Shown: in pieces, positions 48,704 through 60,360 of the stretch
Layout of the letters: every line of letters starts with the position of its first letter
How positions within the stretch are numbered: position 1 is the stretch's first letter
The notes under the pieces: model-generated
The model's database searches: none
What the model saw: only the letters and a program-made list of their open reading frames with translations
Told to the model about the DNA's origin: nothing
DNA from: an uncultured bacterium
GTDB lineage: Bacteria > Joyebacterota > Joyebacteria > Joyebacterales > Joyebacteraceae
Reading direction: 5' to 3'
Length of the DNA: 64,000 bases
Assembly: GCA_964521425.1 (NCBI GenBank)
Contig: CAZFRO010000011.1
Coordinates: 13,534 to 77,533 of the forward strand
Position numbers and translations under genes: made by a program

Positions 48704-49579
48704 CTACAGCAGTCTGTATGTGAGTCCAAGCGAGAGAGTCTGCCTGAATCTCGGGTCTGAATCGACCTCCCGGTCGTAGAGCGCATCAAGACTGAGGTTC
48801 ACCGTCAGGAAATCTACTATGCTCGCCGTGAAGGTGTTCTTCCATTCGGCGTCAGGAGATCTCCAGTCGTCGTTCTCGAGTGCATCCGATTCTGAGTTGT
48901 AGAGCGCCGCAAAGACCGAGAACCTGCTCGTGAGAGTGATCTGCTCCTCTGCGAGGGGAGTGAAGAACTCAGTCACGAACTCGGCCCCGCTCTCGGAGAT
49001 CGTCTCAGATCCGTATTCGTCAGTTCCTTCGTCGTACACGGCCCCATCTATGTTCTGCCGGACGGCGCCGCCGAGCCTCACCGACCACGTCCTCTTCTCT
49101 TCCTCGATGAGCATTCTCGCCACGCCTATGCTCTCGGTCAGGCGGATCGGGTTTAGATACCTCATCTCTGTCGGGTCTCTCTCGTCGGTGAATGCCGACT
49201 CGAACCGACCGGAGACGTAGGGATCGACCGCCCCGCCGAGCGTCATCCTGAACACCGTTTCGAAGTCAATGAGGTCCGTGGAGTTGAGTGGGGTGATCCA
49301 GGTGCCCGTCTCCGCATCCTGGGCATGGGTCTGACCGTACTCGATCTTGAGAGTGCTCTTCGAGTGCACCTTGTCGGAGAGCTGGTTTGCAGCGGTCGAA
49401 TTCGAGACCAGCGTCCAGGAGATCGAACCGACTTCCTTACCCGCCCAATTGTCGCTGTAGCTCTGCAGGGTGAGTGTCAGGTTCTCGTCGGACGTGATCT
49501 CCCATTGAGCTCCCCACGCAAGCGAAGATGCGATCAGTACCAGCGCGAGCCCCATGACGATAGTAGCGCGTTGCCTCAT
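48704..49579 (-). CDS. Outer-membrane beta-barrel-like protein (DUF3078-like).
   Basis: Signal peptide MRQRATIVMGLALVLIASSLAWGAQ, alternating amphipathic beta strands, C-terminal LSLGLTYRLL. ATG at 49579 with an RBS GGAGGGGA. The longer ORF to 49825 is an upstream extension. Confidence 0.55.
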   Translation of the reverse strand: MRQRATIVMGLALVLIASSLAWGAQWEITSDENLTLTLQSYSDNWAGKEVGSISWTLVSNSTAANQLSDKVHSKSTLKIEYGQTHAQDAETGTWITPLNSTDLIDFETVFRMTLGGAVDPYVSGRFESAFTDERDPTEMRYLNPIRLTESIGVARMLIEEEKRTWSVRLGGAVRQNIDGAVYDEGTDEYGSETISESGAEFVTEFFTPLAEEQITLTSRFSVFAALYNSESDALENDDWRSPDAEWKNTFTASIVDFLTVNLSLDALYDREVDSDPRFRQTLSLGLTYRLL

Positions 49580-49845
49580 TGATCCCCTCCTTGGTTTGGC
49601 CGGTGCGCTTCCCCGATATCCAGGGGGCGCGAAGTCGACCGACGCTTCCTTCTCCCGTCTCCTTGGGCCTGTCATCCTGAGAGGATTGGATGCAGGGCCT
49701 GAGACTTGGGTTCGGCTCGACTTGGCCTTGACACCCGGCATCCACGGGGCTAACATGACCGCGGATTCCGGACGGTCAGGGTTCGGGGGTTCTGTAGGTC
49801 TACCCGAGCCGGTCCGAGTCGTCATGAAGCTCTTCAGGAGTTGTC

Positions 49846-51159
49846 ATGGTTCTCGCAAGTCCCATCGTGTGGGGAGGGCTCCTTCTTCTCGTCGGTGTCG
49901 CCAGTGGCTGGCTGCTGGGACGTGGACGCTCGGTCCGCGTTGACCGCGAGCACAGCGATATCGTCAAGAGCAAGCAGCAGCTTCAGGCTATCTTTGACGG
50001 CATCACGGACGGGCTCATCATTGTTGACGGGGATTTTCGTATCGTCGCCGTGAACAAAGCCGAGGCCGCTTTCATAGGGATGGAACCGCAGGACATCGTC
50101 GGACGCCCGTGCTTCGAGGTGTACTGTCGTGGTGATGCCGCCTGTGAGGCATGTCCGGCGCACGCGACGTTCGCGAACGGTGCAGCGATTCTCGTGTCGC
50201 AGCTCAAACTCGCCACCGGGTTTCACAGGAGGGGCGTCGACGTCTACACATTCCCTGTGAAGAACGAGAGCGGGGAGACCGTTCAGGCTATCCAGTACAT
50301 AAAGGACGTGGCCGACCGGATGAAGCTGCAGGACCAGCTCCGCGAGGTCGAGCAGCTTACTGGCATAGGGCGGATGGCGGCGAATGTCGCTCACGAAATA
50401 CGCAACCCGCTCATAGCTGTCGGTGGCTTCGCCAGACAGCTTCACGAGGACATGGATTCGGAAGACCCGCGACGCGAGCTTACGCTCATCATCATTGAGG
50501 AGGTGACGAGGCTAGAACAGATTCTGTGCGAGCAGCTCACGCTCGAGCGGCATCTCCAGCCGGTTCTCCGTCCGCTCGATATTAACCAGATCCTCCGCGA
50601 CGTCAGGAAGCTTGTGTCTCACGGTGTGCTCTCCTCACAGATTCACCTCGTGGGAGAACTGCAGGATGGTCTTCCCATGACAGTGGGGGATGCCAACCAG
50701 CTCAAGCAGGTGTTCCTGAACATCATTGGGAACGCGATACAGTCTACGGAGGATGGTGGGACGATCACGGTGACGAGCCTGCAGAAGGGCGATACCATAG
50801 TCGTCCGCATCCAGGACACCGGCCCTGGGATTCCCGATGACGTCATGAGCAAGCTGTTTGTTCCTTTCTTCACAACAAGGAAATCGGGGTCGGGGCTGGG
50901 CCTCGCGGTTACGCGCCGCATCGTTGAGAATCATGGCGGCACGATCAGCGTAGAGAGCAAAGTGGGTGAGGGTTCCACGTTTCAGGTGGTTCTTCCGATA
51001 GTGAGATCGACCGCCGAAATGGAGCACGAACGCGTATATGGCAGCGCAGGTGATGAGATGGCCTCGGAAGGCCGTGGCGGATCGCGGGATGGCGAGCGAT
51101 CACGAGCCGTGGACGAAACGAGCGGAGGTGAGAATGACGAAGCTCCTCGTCGTGGATGA
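49846..51159 (+). CDS. Sensor histidine kinase (N-terminal TM, a PAS domain with a CX4CX5CX2C cluster, HisKA, HATPase_c).
   Basis: H-box MAANVAHEIRNPLIAV, G-boxes DTGPGIP and GSGLGLAVTRRIVENHGGTISVESKVGEGSTF. Cys cluster RPCFEVYCRGDAACEACP in the PAS-like region. Confidence 0.85.
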   Translation: MVLASPIVWGGLLLLVGVASGWLLGRGRSVRVDREHSDIVKSKQQLQAIFDGITDGLIIVDGDFRIVAVNKAEAAFIGMEPQDIVGRPCFEVYCRGDAACEACPAHATFANGAAILVSQLKLATGFHRRGVDVYTFPVKNESGETVQAIQYIKDVADRMKLQDQLREVEQLTGIGRMAANVAHEIRNPLIAVGGFARQLHEDMDSEDPRRELTLIIIEEVTRLEQILCEQLTLERHLQPVLRPLDINQILRDVRKLVSHGVLSSQIHLVGELQDGLPMTVGDANQLKQVFLNIIGNAIQSTEDGGTITVTSLQKGDTIVVRIQDTGPGIPDDVMSKLFVPFFTTRKSGSGLGLAVTRRIVENHGGTISVESKVGEGSTFQVVLPIVRSTAEMEHERVYGSAGDEMASEGRGGSRDGERSRAVDETSGGENDEAPRRG

Positions 51160-51499
51160 TGAGCGGAATATCCGTAAGCTCTACGAGAGCGAACTTACTC
51201 GTGCAGGATACGAGGTTGAGACTGCGGAGAGTGCTGAGGAAGCGCTCGAGATGATCGCGAAGTCGCCGCCGGACCTCGTTGTGCTCGATATCCGTCTTGA
51301 GGGCATGGACGGTATCGACTGCCTGAGGACGATCATGGAGACGCGGCGGGATCTTCCCGTCGTGTTGAACTCAGCGTATTCGACGTACAAACAGGACTTC
51401 GCGTCGTGGATGGCCGATGCATACGTTGTGAAGTCGGCCGATCTGAGCGAGCTTAAGACGAAGATCAAGGAGGTTCTGGAGAGCCGGGGCAAGCTGTAG
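51134..51499 (+). CDS. Single-domain response regulator (CheY-like receiver).
   Basis: MTKLLVVDDERNIRKLYESEL...DLVVLDIRLEGMDGID...VVKSADLSELK, with Asp and Lys of the receiver. ATG at 51134 behind a GGAGGTGAG RBS, overlapping the kinase 3' end. Confidence 0.85.
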   Translation: MTKLLVVDDERNIRKLYESELTRAGYEVETAESAEEALEMIAKSPPDLVVLDIRLEGMDGIDCLRTIMETRRDLPVVLNSAYSTYKQDFASWMADAYVVKSADLSELKTKIKEVLESRGKL

Positions 51500-51533
51500 G
51501 ACTCTCACAGATACCGGGAAGGATGCCGGCCGG

Positions 51534-52652
51534 ATGGTGTCTCTGAAGACCTCGCTCAAGCGGGAGTTCCTGGATATCAAGAAGCGCCTTCGAAGCGCTC
51601 CAGACGAGATCACCGCTCTCAAGGAACTCGCATCCGTGTATGTCGACTCGGAGCGGTACGCGGATGCCGTCGTGATTCTGCAGCAGTTTCTGGCGAAGTG
51701 TCCGATGGATGTGGATGCGATGCTGACCTGTGGCACATGCTATCGCAAGCTCGGACTGCTGGAGGCCGCCGCGACCGAGTTCGAACGCGCCGCACGGAGC
51801 GATCCCCAAAGCGCTATAGCGTACTACAACCTCGGCAGGGTCTACGATATGAGTGGACGCAGCGACGATGCTGTCGAACAGCACATGAAGGCAATCAGTC
51901 TTGAACCCGACACGGCAGAGCCGTACTACCGGCTCGGAGTTACCCTTGCCGGCAGAAACGAACTCGAGGAGGCCGAGAGCTGGTACCGCAAGGCCATCGA
52001 CGCGGAGTACGAATGCGCCAAGGCCCATACCAATCTCGGATACGTGCTCGACGCGGCTGGTCGATCGGACGAGGCCATACTGGAGTTCAAGCGTGCCATC
52101 GAGATAGACCCGGACAACGCGGAGATGCACCTGAACCTCGGAGCCATCTACGGAGAGAGAGGAGCCCTCTCCGATGCGGTGGAGGAGTTCAGGAAGGCAA
52201 CGACCGCAGAGCCGACGAGCGCTGAGGCGCGCTTCAACCTCGGAGTCGCTCTCGCCGGCCTCCACCGAAACGACGAGGCACTGCCCGAACTTGAGCTTGC
52301 GGTTAAGTACTCTCCGGACAACATGGCGGCGCACTCCCAGCTCGGCGTGGCGCTTCTCCACAAGGGCCTGTTCGCTCGTTCGATCGTAGCGTTCAAGCGC
52401 GTCATCGCTCTTGAGGGTGAGACGGGGGAGTCGTGCTACCAGATGAGCCTTGCTCTCGCCTCGCTCGACCGGCTCGAGGACGCAGTCCGGTGCCTTGAGA
52501 CGGCCGCTCGCGAAGAGCCTGACGATCCGCGGATTCACTACCAGATGGGTCTTGTCCTCGACAGACTTGGACGCAGCGTCGAGGCTTCCACCGCCTACCA
52601 GGAATCAGATCGCCTGCACGCCCGCACGTCGAAACAGGGGGGGGTAGGATGA
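51534..52652 (+). CDS. Tetratricopeptide repeat protein.
   Basis: Tandem TPR units (AIAYYNLGRVYDMSGRSDDAVEQHMKAISLEPD...). 372 aa. Confidence 0.8.
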   Translation: MVSLKTSLKREFLDIKKRLRSAPDEITALKELASVYVDSERYADAVVILQQFLAKCPMDVDAMLTCGTCYRKLGLLEAAATEFERAARSDPQSAIAYYNLGRVYDMSGRSDDAVEQHMKAISLEPDTAEPYYRLGVTLAGRNELEEAESWYRKAIDAEYECAKAHTNLGYVLDAAGRSDEAILEFKRAIEIDPDNAEMHLNLGAIYGERGALSDAVEEFRKATTAEPTSAEARFNLGVALAGLHRNDEALPELELAVKYSPDNMAAHSQLGVALLHKGLFARSIVAFKRVIALEGETGESCYQMSLALASLDRLEDAVRCLETAAREEPDDPRIHYQMGLVLDRLGRSVEASTAYQESDRLHARTSKQGGVG

Positions 52653-54322
52653 GGAGCTGTCGCCGGACACAGGTCGGTCCCGTGTCCTACGGATCTGCCG
52701 GGCACGCGGTCGTGTCGCTCGTCCTCTTGGTGCTATTGGTCGGCGGTCTCTTCGGACCGGCGAGCTCGGCGCTCCCACGTACTCCGTCGGATCTCCCGCT
52801 TGATCACTGGGGATATCCCCTTCTGGAACGGCTGAGAGCTCGCGGCGTTCTTGAGATCGATCTCACGACCAGACCGGTCGCGAGGAGCGCGGTGCGGGCG
52901 GCGCTTGAGGAGGCCGGAGAGCGGCCCGAGCTGACAGCGCGCGAACTGTGGATGATCGAGAGGCTTAGGGCGGAGTTCATCGGCGGCGAGGTCGATGCGC
53001 CCACTGCGGGTGTCTCGGACGGTCGGGCCTCTCTGGGGTTCGGTGTGGAACTGTCCATCCTCACGAGGGCCGCTCATGGCGGCGAGCCTTGCCAGGTCGT
53101 GGACTGGCTGCCGGACGGCGCGAGGTCCGCGGCGGCGCTCCCCACGCCCCTGCATGGGACGCGCTTCGCCCCCTCAGATGATGACGGAATGAGCATGGAG
53201 GTTCTCGCCTCCTACGATCTCTGGGGCGGCTTCGGTGACGTCGTCGGATTCTACTCTGACGTCGACATCCTCCTGCACGGGCAGGAGGGCGAGCGAGTGG
53301 AGAGGGTCTCAGGACGAGCACGGACCTGGAGGGGGATCACTGCCGAGGCCGAACATGCCTACGTCAAGATCGAGAGACCGCATCTCTCGGTCGCAATCGG
53401 AAGACGTGGTCCGGCGTGGGGGCGGTCGAACTATGGGCGCCTGCTCCTATCAGGCAACGCGCCGACGTTCGATCAACTTGACGCGAGCTTCCGTCTGGGA
53501 CACTTCTCGTTTCACACGCTTCACGCACTCGTCGAGTACACGAAGACCTGGACTGAAGAGGACCTGGGCGACGATGACAACATCATGATCGCCGGACACC
53601 GGATGGTCGTGGCGAGAGACCACCTCACCGTGGGCCTGAGCGAACTCGTCGTCTACAGCAACATCACTCCCGATCCGGTCTATCTGAACCCGCTGGTGCC
53701 CTACTACCTCGCGCAGCACAATCAGCGGGAGGACGACAACATCTTCTGGCTTCTGGACTTCGACTGGCTTGCCGCCATCGGACACGAGTTCTACGGTGAG
53801 TTCCTTGTCGATGATCTGCAGTACGAGCGCTACACGGAGAACCCGGACAAGTACGGCGTGACGCTCGGCTACACGTTCTACGGTGCACCGGCCGGCCGCT
53901 TCGACGTCGAACTCACGGCCGAGTACTCACAGGTGAGGAAGTGGACATACACTCACAAGCGGATTGAGCACCGGCTGGAGCACGACGGCATTCCGGTGGG
54001 GTTTGAGCTCGGTCCGGACTCTGACAAGCTGACGCTTCTGGCGACCGTGCACCCATCGCCCGCGTGGTCGATCGGGGCGGGCTATGTGAGCAGAAGGAGC
54101 GGGGAGGGGAGTCTCGACGCTGCATTCATCAAGGGTGTCGACAATCCGGACACTCGCTTCCCTTCGGGAGATGTCTTGCGGATGGACGAGGTGTCCTTGA
54201 AGCTGGCCTACGACACTCTCGAGGGAGGGACCAAGGGCAGCCTCGAACTCAAGTGGTACAACGCCTTCGGCTGCGCGGCTGACGGATGGGAGATTCGCGC
54301 TGGAATCGGTTTCAGGATCTAA
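52649..54322 (+). CDS. Wzi-like capsule assembly outer-membrane protein (Caps_assemb_Wzi-like).
   Basis: Signal/TM, then N-terminal LPLDHWGYPLLERLRARGVLEID resembling the conserved Wzi N-terminus. Long beta-rich remainder. Overlaps the TPR gene stop by 4 nt. Confidence 0.5.
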   Translation: MRSCRRTQVGPVSYGSAGHAVVSLVLLVLLVGGLFGPASSALPRTPSDLPLDHWGYPLLERLRARGVLEIDLTTRPVARSAVRAALEEAGERPELTARELWMIERLRAEFIGGEVDAPTAGVSDGRASLGFGVELSILTRAAHGGEPCQVVDWLPDGARSAAALPTPLHGTRFAPSDDDGMSMEVLASYDLWGGFGDVVGFYSDVDILLHGQEGERVERVSGRARTWRGITAEAEHAYVKIERPHLSVAIGRRGPAWGRSNYGRLLLSGNAPTFDQLDASFRLGHFSFHTLHALVEYTKTWTEEDLGDDDNIMIAGHRMVVARDHLTVGLSELVVYSNITPDPVYLNPLVPYYLAQHNQREDDNIFWLLDFDWLAAIGHEFYGEFLVDDLQYERYTENPDKYGVTLGYTFYGAPAGRFDVELTAEYSQVRKWTYTHKRIEHRLEHDGIPVGFELGPDSDKLTLLATVHPSPAWSIGAGYVSRRSGEGSLDAAFIKGVDNPDTRFPSGDVLRMDEVSLKLAYDTLEGGTKGSLELKWYNAFGCAADGWEIRAGIGFRI

Positions 54323-54332
54323 GATTTCCGCC

Positions 54333-55154
54333 TTGCTCTCGCTCATGAGGCCCCTGAACGGCCTCATCGGAGCCGGAGCAGTTGTGGCTGGAGCGCTGAT
54401 CGTCGGACGCCCGTTCTCGGTGGCTCCCGCAGTGCTCGGAGCGGCCGCGGCTCTTGCGGCGGTCGGGGGGGCGAACGCTCTCAACGACTGCCTCGATAGA
54501 GAGGCCGATGCCGTGAATCGGCCTCTGCGCCCGATCCCGAGTGGACGTGTCAGTGTCGGTGAGGCGGCGACAGCATCCGGCATCGCCTACGCTCTGGCAC
54601 TCGCTCTCGGAGCGCTGGCAGGTGGATGGTCGTTTCTGATGGTGGCGACCTGGGTCGGATTGACCGCCCTCTACTCGGCGAGCCTCAAGCGGATTCTCAT
54701 CATGGGCAATCTCGTGGCGGCCCTGCTCACCGCATCGATCGTTGTTCTGGGTGGAGTGACACAGGGGAAGATCGGACCGCTCGCGATCCCGTTCGTCATG
54801 GCGTTTCTGGCAAACGTGGGGCGGGAGATAGTGAAGGACATCGAGGACACCGAGGGCGACGCCCGTGTTGGTGTGGTGACGCTCGCAACGAGATTCGGTC
54901 CCGAACGCGCCTACATGATCGCCCGCCTTGTCACGGTGGCGCTCATGGGTGTGATCGCGGTTCCATACTTCGCGAGGATCTACGGCCTCGGGTACGCAGT
55001 CATGGGCGGTGCGATAGAGCTGGTCCTCGTCTGGCAGCTGGTTCTTCATCCGCGCAATCCAGAGCCTGCTGATCTCAGGCTTCACGCGCAGGCGTTCAAG
55101 CTTGCGATGGTGATGGGTCTCGCAGCTTTCCTGGTTGGGGGAGTGAACGTATGA
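54333..55154 (+). CDS. UbiA-family prenyltransferase (polyprenyl transferase, membrane).
   Basis: NALNDCLDREADAVNRPLRPIPSGRVS first Asp-rich motif and a second motif REIVKDIEDTEGD. 8-9 TM helices. Confidence 0.8.
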   Translation: MLSLMRPLNGLIGAGAVVAGALIVGRPFSVAPAVLGAAAALAAVGGANALNDCLDREADAVNRPLRPIPSGRVSVGEAATASGIAYALALALGALAGGWSFLMVATWVGLTALYSASLKRILIMGNLVAALLTASIVVLGGVTQGKIGPLAIPFVMAFLANVGREIVKDIEDTEGDARVGVVTLATRFGPERAYMIARLVTVALMGVIAVPYFARIYGLGYAVMGGAIELVLVWQLVLHPRNPEPADLRLHAQAFKLAMVMGLAAFLVGGVNV

Positions 55155-55948
55155 GTGTGCTGCAGGGGATAGCGCTCGGGTTGTTGCAGGGTCTCACTGA
55201 GTTCCTGCCGGTCTCGAGTTCGGGCCATCTGGCACTCGCCGAGCACTTCTTCGGAGTGGAGACCCCGGGCGTGACGTTCGAGGTTCTGGTTCACTTCGGG
55301 ACGGCGCTCGCGGTCATCTGGTTCTTCCGGCGGCGCGTGGCGTCGATTGTCACCGCAGCGCTTGGTTTTCTCTTGCACCGCGACTACGATGCACGTGAGG
55401 CGCGTCTTGCCTTCCATCTCGTCGTGGCCACGATCCCGGCCGCGATCATCGGTCTGCTTCTCGAGGATGTCGTTGGACGGTTTTTCTCTGCCCCGATTCT
55501 GGTCTCGGTTCTCCTGCTTCTGACCGGCACCATGCTCTGGTTCACGAAGCGGATCGAGAAGGGCGTACGCGCGGAAGGGAGCATCAAAGACGCCATTCTC
55601 ATCGGCGTGGCGCAGGCTGCCGCAATTCTGCCCGGCATCTCACGCTCCGGAGCCACGATCTCTGCGGGATTGGCTCTCGGTATCGACAGGACGAAGGCGG
55701 CCGAGTTCGCGTTTCTCCTCTCCATACCGGTGATTCTCGGGGCCACCGTCATGAGCATCGGTGATGCGGTTGCCATGAGAGGTGAACTGGGCGTCGCCAC
55801 GGCTGCAGGCACAGTGGCCGCCTTCCTGAGCGCGCTACCCGCGATCGCCATTCTCATGAAGGTCGTGACAGTGGGGCGTCTGCACCGTTTCGCATACTAC
55901 TGCTGGGCGGTGGGTGCCTTGGGACTCGTGTTTTCAATCGTACGCTAG
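55151..55948 (+). CDS. uppP: Undecaprenyl-diphosphate phosphatase UppP (BacA).
   Basis: MSVLQGIALGLLQGLTEFLPVSSSGHL N-terminal motif and SRSGATISAGLALG second motif. Overlaps the upstream UbiA gene by 4 nt. Confidence 0.9.
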   Translation: MSVLQGIALGLLQGLTEFLPVSSSGHLALAEHFFGVETPGVTFEVLVHFGTALAVIWFFRRRVASIVTAALGFLLHRDYDAREARLAFHLVVATIPAAIIGLLLEDVVGRFFSAPILVSVLLLLTGTMLWFTKRIEKGVRAEGSIKDAILIGVAQAAAILPGISRSGATISAGLALGIDRTKAAEFAFLLSIPVILGATVMSIGDAVAMRGELGVATAAGTVAAFLSALPAIAILMKVVTVGRLHRFAYYCWAVGALGLVFSIVR

Positions 55949-56010
55949 GGATTTCCGATCGGCTGGGGAAGTGCTACGGAAGTAGGGCTTCCGGAAGAGG
56001 AGGTTCACTC

Positions 56011-57372
56011 ATGAGAGCAATAGCGGTAATGATGCTCCTGTTCATAGCGCTTGCCCCGCTCGTGCAGGCCGAGCAGGAGAGCATCTCGATAACCGTCTAC
56101 AACACGGATCTCGCGCTAGTGAAGGACCTGCGACGGATCGATCTCGATAGTGGCGTGTCCGAAGTGAGGTTCAGCGATGTAGCGCAGCGTATCGACCCGA
56201 CCTCCGTCCACTTCCGCGTGCTTGAGGGGGCGGACGCATCGGTCTGGGAACAGAACTACAGGTTCGACCTGGCCAGCTCGTCGAAGATCCTTGAGAAGTA
56301 CCTCGAGAAGAACATAGACGTCGTCACAGAGGATGCCGACCTCTTCACAGGCACTCTCGTCAGTGTGGATGGAAGCATGATCGTGCTTGACCAGGGAAGG
56401 GGCAGAGGTCCCATCATCACGCTCAACAGGGACAAGCTGGCGTACATCCGCTTCCCGTCGCTTCCGAAAGGACTCATATCCAAGCCATCGCTCGTTTGGC
56501 GAATCGGCAGTGATGAATCGGGCGAGCGTCTGGTCGAGGTGACCTATCTGACATCGAGCATCAACTGGCACGCGGAGTACGTCGGCGTCGTAAGCGAGAA
56601 GGACGATGAGATAGATCTTGCGGCGTGGGTCTCCATAGACAACCGATCCGGCACGGCCTACACGGATGCGAAGCTCGATCTGGTTGCGGGAGACGTACAC
56701 AGAGCTCCCGTACAGGACATGGACAGAGCCTACAAGGGCGCCCGCGCGATGGCAGTGGAGGGGATGGCGGCGCCGGAATTCCACGAGGAGCAGCTCTTCG
56801 AGTACCATCTGTACAAGCTCGACGCGAGGGCTACCTTGAGCGATCGGGAGATCAAGCAGCTCACGTTCTTCCCAAGCACCGGTGTTACAGTTGAGAAGAT
56901 CCTCGAATTCGACAGTCGTCAGGGCACCGATGTGCGAGTGCTCCTCGAGTTCGAGAACTCGGAGGAGATGGGGCTGGGACAGCCCCTGCCGGCGGGCACC
57001 GTCAGGATGTACAAGGAGGACTCCGCCAGCGATCTTCAGTTCATCGGTGAGGACAGGATAGATCACACCGCGACGGACGAGGATGTCAGGCTCTACCTCG
57101 GCAATGCTTTTGATGTGGTAGCCGAGCGGAAGATGATGGATTCGAGGAAGATAACGAAGCGTGTGCATGAAGAGGACTACGAGATCACGCTTCGGAATCA
57201 CAAGGATGAGGACGTCGTCATTCGTGTAGTCGAGCACTTCTACGGCTACTGGACGATCACGGATACGACGCACGAGTTTGAAAAGAAGGATGCCGGCCGC
57301 ATCAACATCTCTGTGCCGGTGGAGGCAGAGGGCGAGACGGTCGTGAAGTACACTGTCCGCTACGAATACTAG
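56011..57372 (+). CDS. Secreted DUF4139/DUF4140 family protein (MuiA/TIGR02231-like).
   Basis: Signal peptide. N-terminus ISITVYNTDLALVKDLRRIDLDSGVSEVRFSDVAQRIDPTSVHF is typical of the DUF4140 N-domain. 453 aa. Confidence 0.6.
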   Translation: MRAIAVMMLLFIALAPLVQAEQESISITVYNTDLALVKDLRRIDLDSGVSEVRFSDVAQRIDPTSVHFRVLEGADASVWEQNYRFDLASSSKILEKYLEKNIDVVTEDADLFTGTLVSVDGSMIVLDQGRGRGPIITLNRDKLAYIRFPSLPKGLISKPSLVWRIGSDESGERLVEVTYLTSSINWHAEYVGVVSEKDDEIDLAAWVSIDNRSGTAYTDAKLDLVAGDVHRAPVQDMDRAYKGARAMAVEGMAAPEFHEEQLFEYHLYKLDARATLSDREIKQLTFFPSTGVTVEKILEFDSRQGTDVRVLLEFENSEEMGLGQPLPAGTVRMYKEDSASDLQFIGEDRIDHTATDEDVRLYLGNAFDVVAERKMMDSRKITKRVHEEDYEITLRNHKDEDVVIRVVEHFYGYWTITDTTHEFEKKDAGRINISVPVEAEGETVVKYTVRYEY

Positions 57373-57408
57373 AACTGGTTCTGGAGCCGTCATCAGACGG
57401 CACCGAGG

Positions 57409-58146
57409 ATGTCGGAGGGGCGAATGGAGTCCGTCGGTGAACTCCTGAGAAAAGAGCGCGAAGCGCAGGACAAAACGATCGAAGACGTCGCTAGGGCAAC
57501 GCGTATGAGTGGGCTCACCATTGCGGCGCTTGAAGAGGACCGCTTCAGCGTGATGCCCGCAATCGTCTATGTGAAGGGCCACCTTCGGACCTACGCGCGC
57601 TATCTGGGTCTCGATGGGGAGGAGATCATAGAGAAGTACCTCCGGTACACGCAGCAGCAGGAGGAGGTCGAGCCGGACGAGTGGGACACCGTCGAACTCG
57701 AGCTTCACGAGCAGACGCAACGCTCAAACAAGCTCGCTCTCTGGATCGCAATCGCGCTCATAGGGATTGTCATCGTCGTGGTCGCACTTGTCTGGTGGTC
57801 CAGAAGATCGCCCGTGGAGGTTCCTCCGCCGGAGCCCACACCCGCCCAGCAGCTCCAGGCAGCTGCCGCGCAGGACACGCTCATCGAGTGGCACACGCTC
57901 GAACTGACGGCCGTTGCCCGCGAGAGGACGTGGCTCAGGATTGTTGCGGACGGCACTCCCGTGGCGGACCTCACGCTCGGCGCCGGCGATCAGAGGACCT
58001 GGCAGGCGGACGAGCGGTTCGTGCTTGACGTCGGCAATGGTGGTGGTTTGGAGCTCTATCTTGACGGCGTCTTTCTCGGCACCGCCGGCGCCGGGACAAG
58101 ACTGGTTGAAGGGCTCGTAGTCGACGATGGTGGGATGTCGCGCTAG
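57409..58146 (+). CDS. rodZ: RodZ-like cytoskeleton protein (N-terminal XRE-type HTH, single TM, C-terminal DUF4115).
   Basis: LGELLRKEREAQDKTIEDVARATRMSGLTIAALEEDRF (HTH), TM LALWIAIALIGIVIVVVALVWW, C-terminal LRIVADGTPV...ERFVLDVGNGGGLELYLDG. Confidence 0.7.
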   Translation: MSEGRMESVGELLRKEREAQDKTIEDVARATRMSGLTIAALEEDRFSVMPAIVYVKGHLRTYARYLGLDGEEIIEKYLRYTQQQEEVEPDEWDTVELELHEQTQRSNKLALWIAIALIGIVIVVVALVWWSRRSPVEVPPPEPTPAQQLQAAAAQDTLIEWHTLELTAVARERTWLRIVADGTPVADLTLGAGDQRTWQADERFVLDVGNGGGLELYLDGVFLGTAGAGTRLVEGLVVDDGGMSR

Positions 58147-58184
58147 TCAGCAACGTACGCCGGCCGCAAGTGAGTTGAGGCAGG

Positions 58185-60320
<2,136 letters not shown>

Positions 60321-60360
60321 CCGCCGGCATCCTCTGCGGCGCCGAACTCAAGAGAGACAG

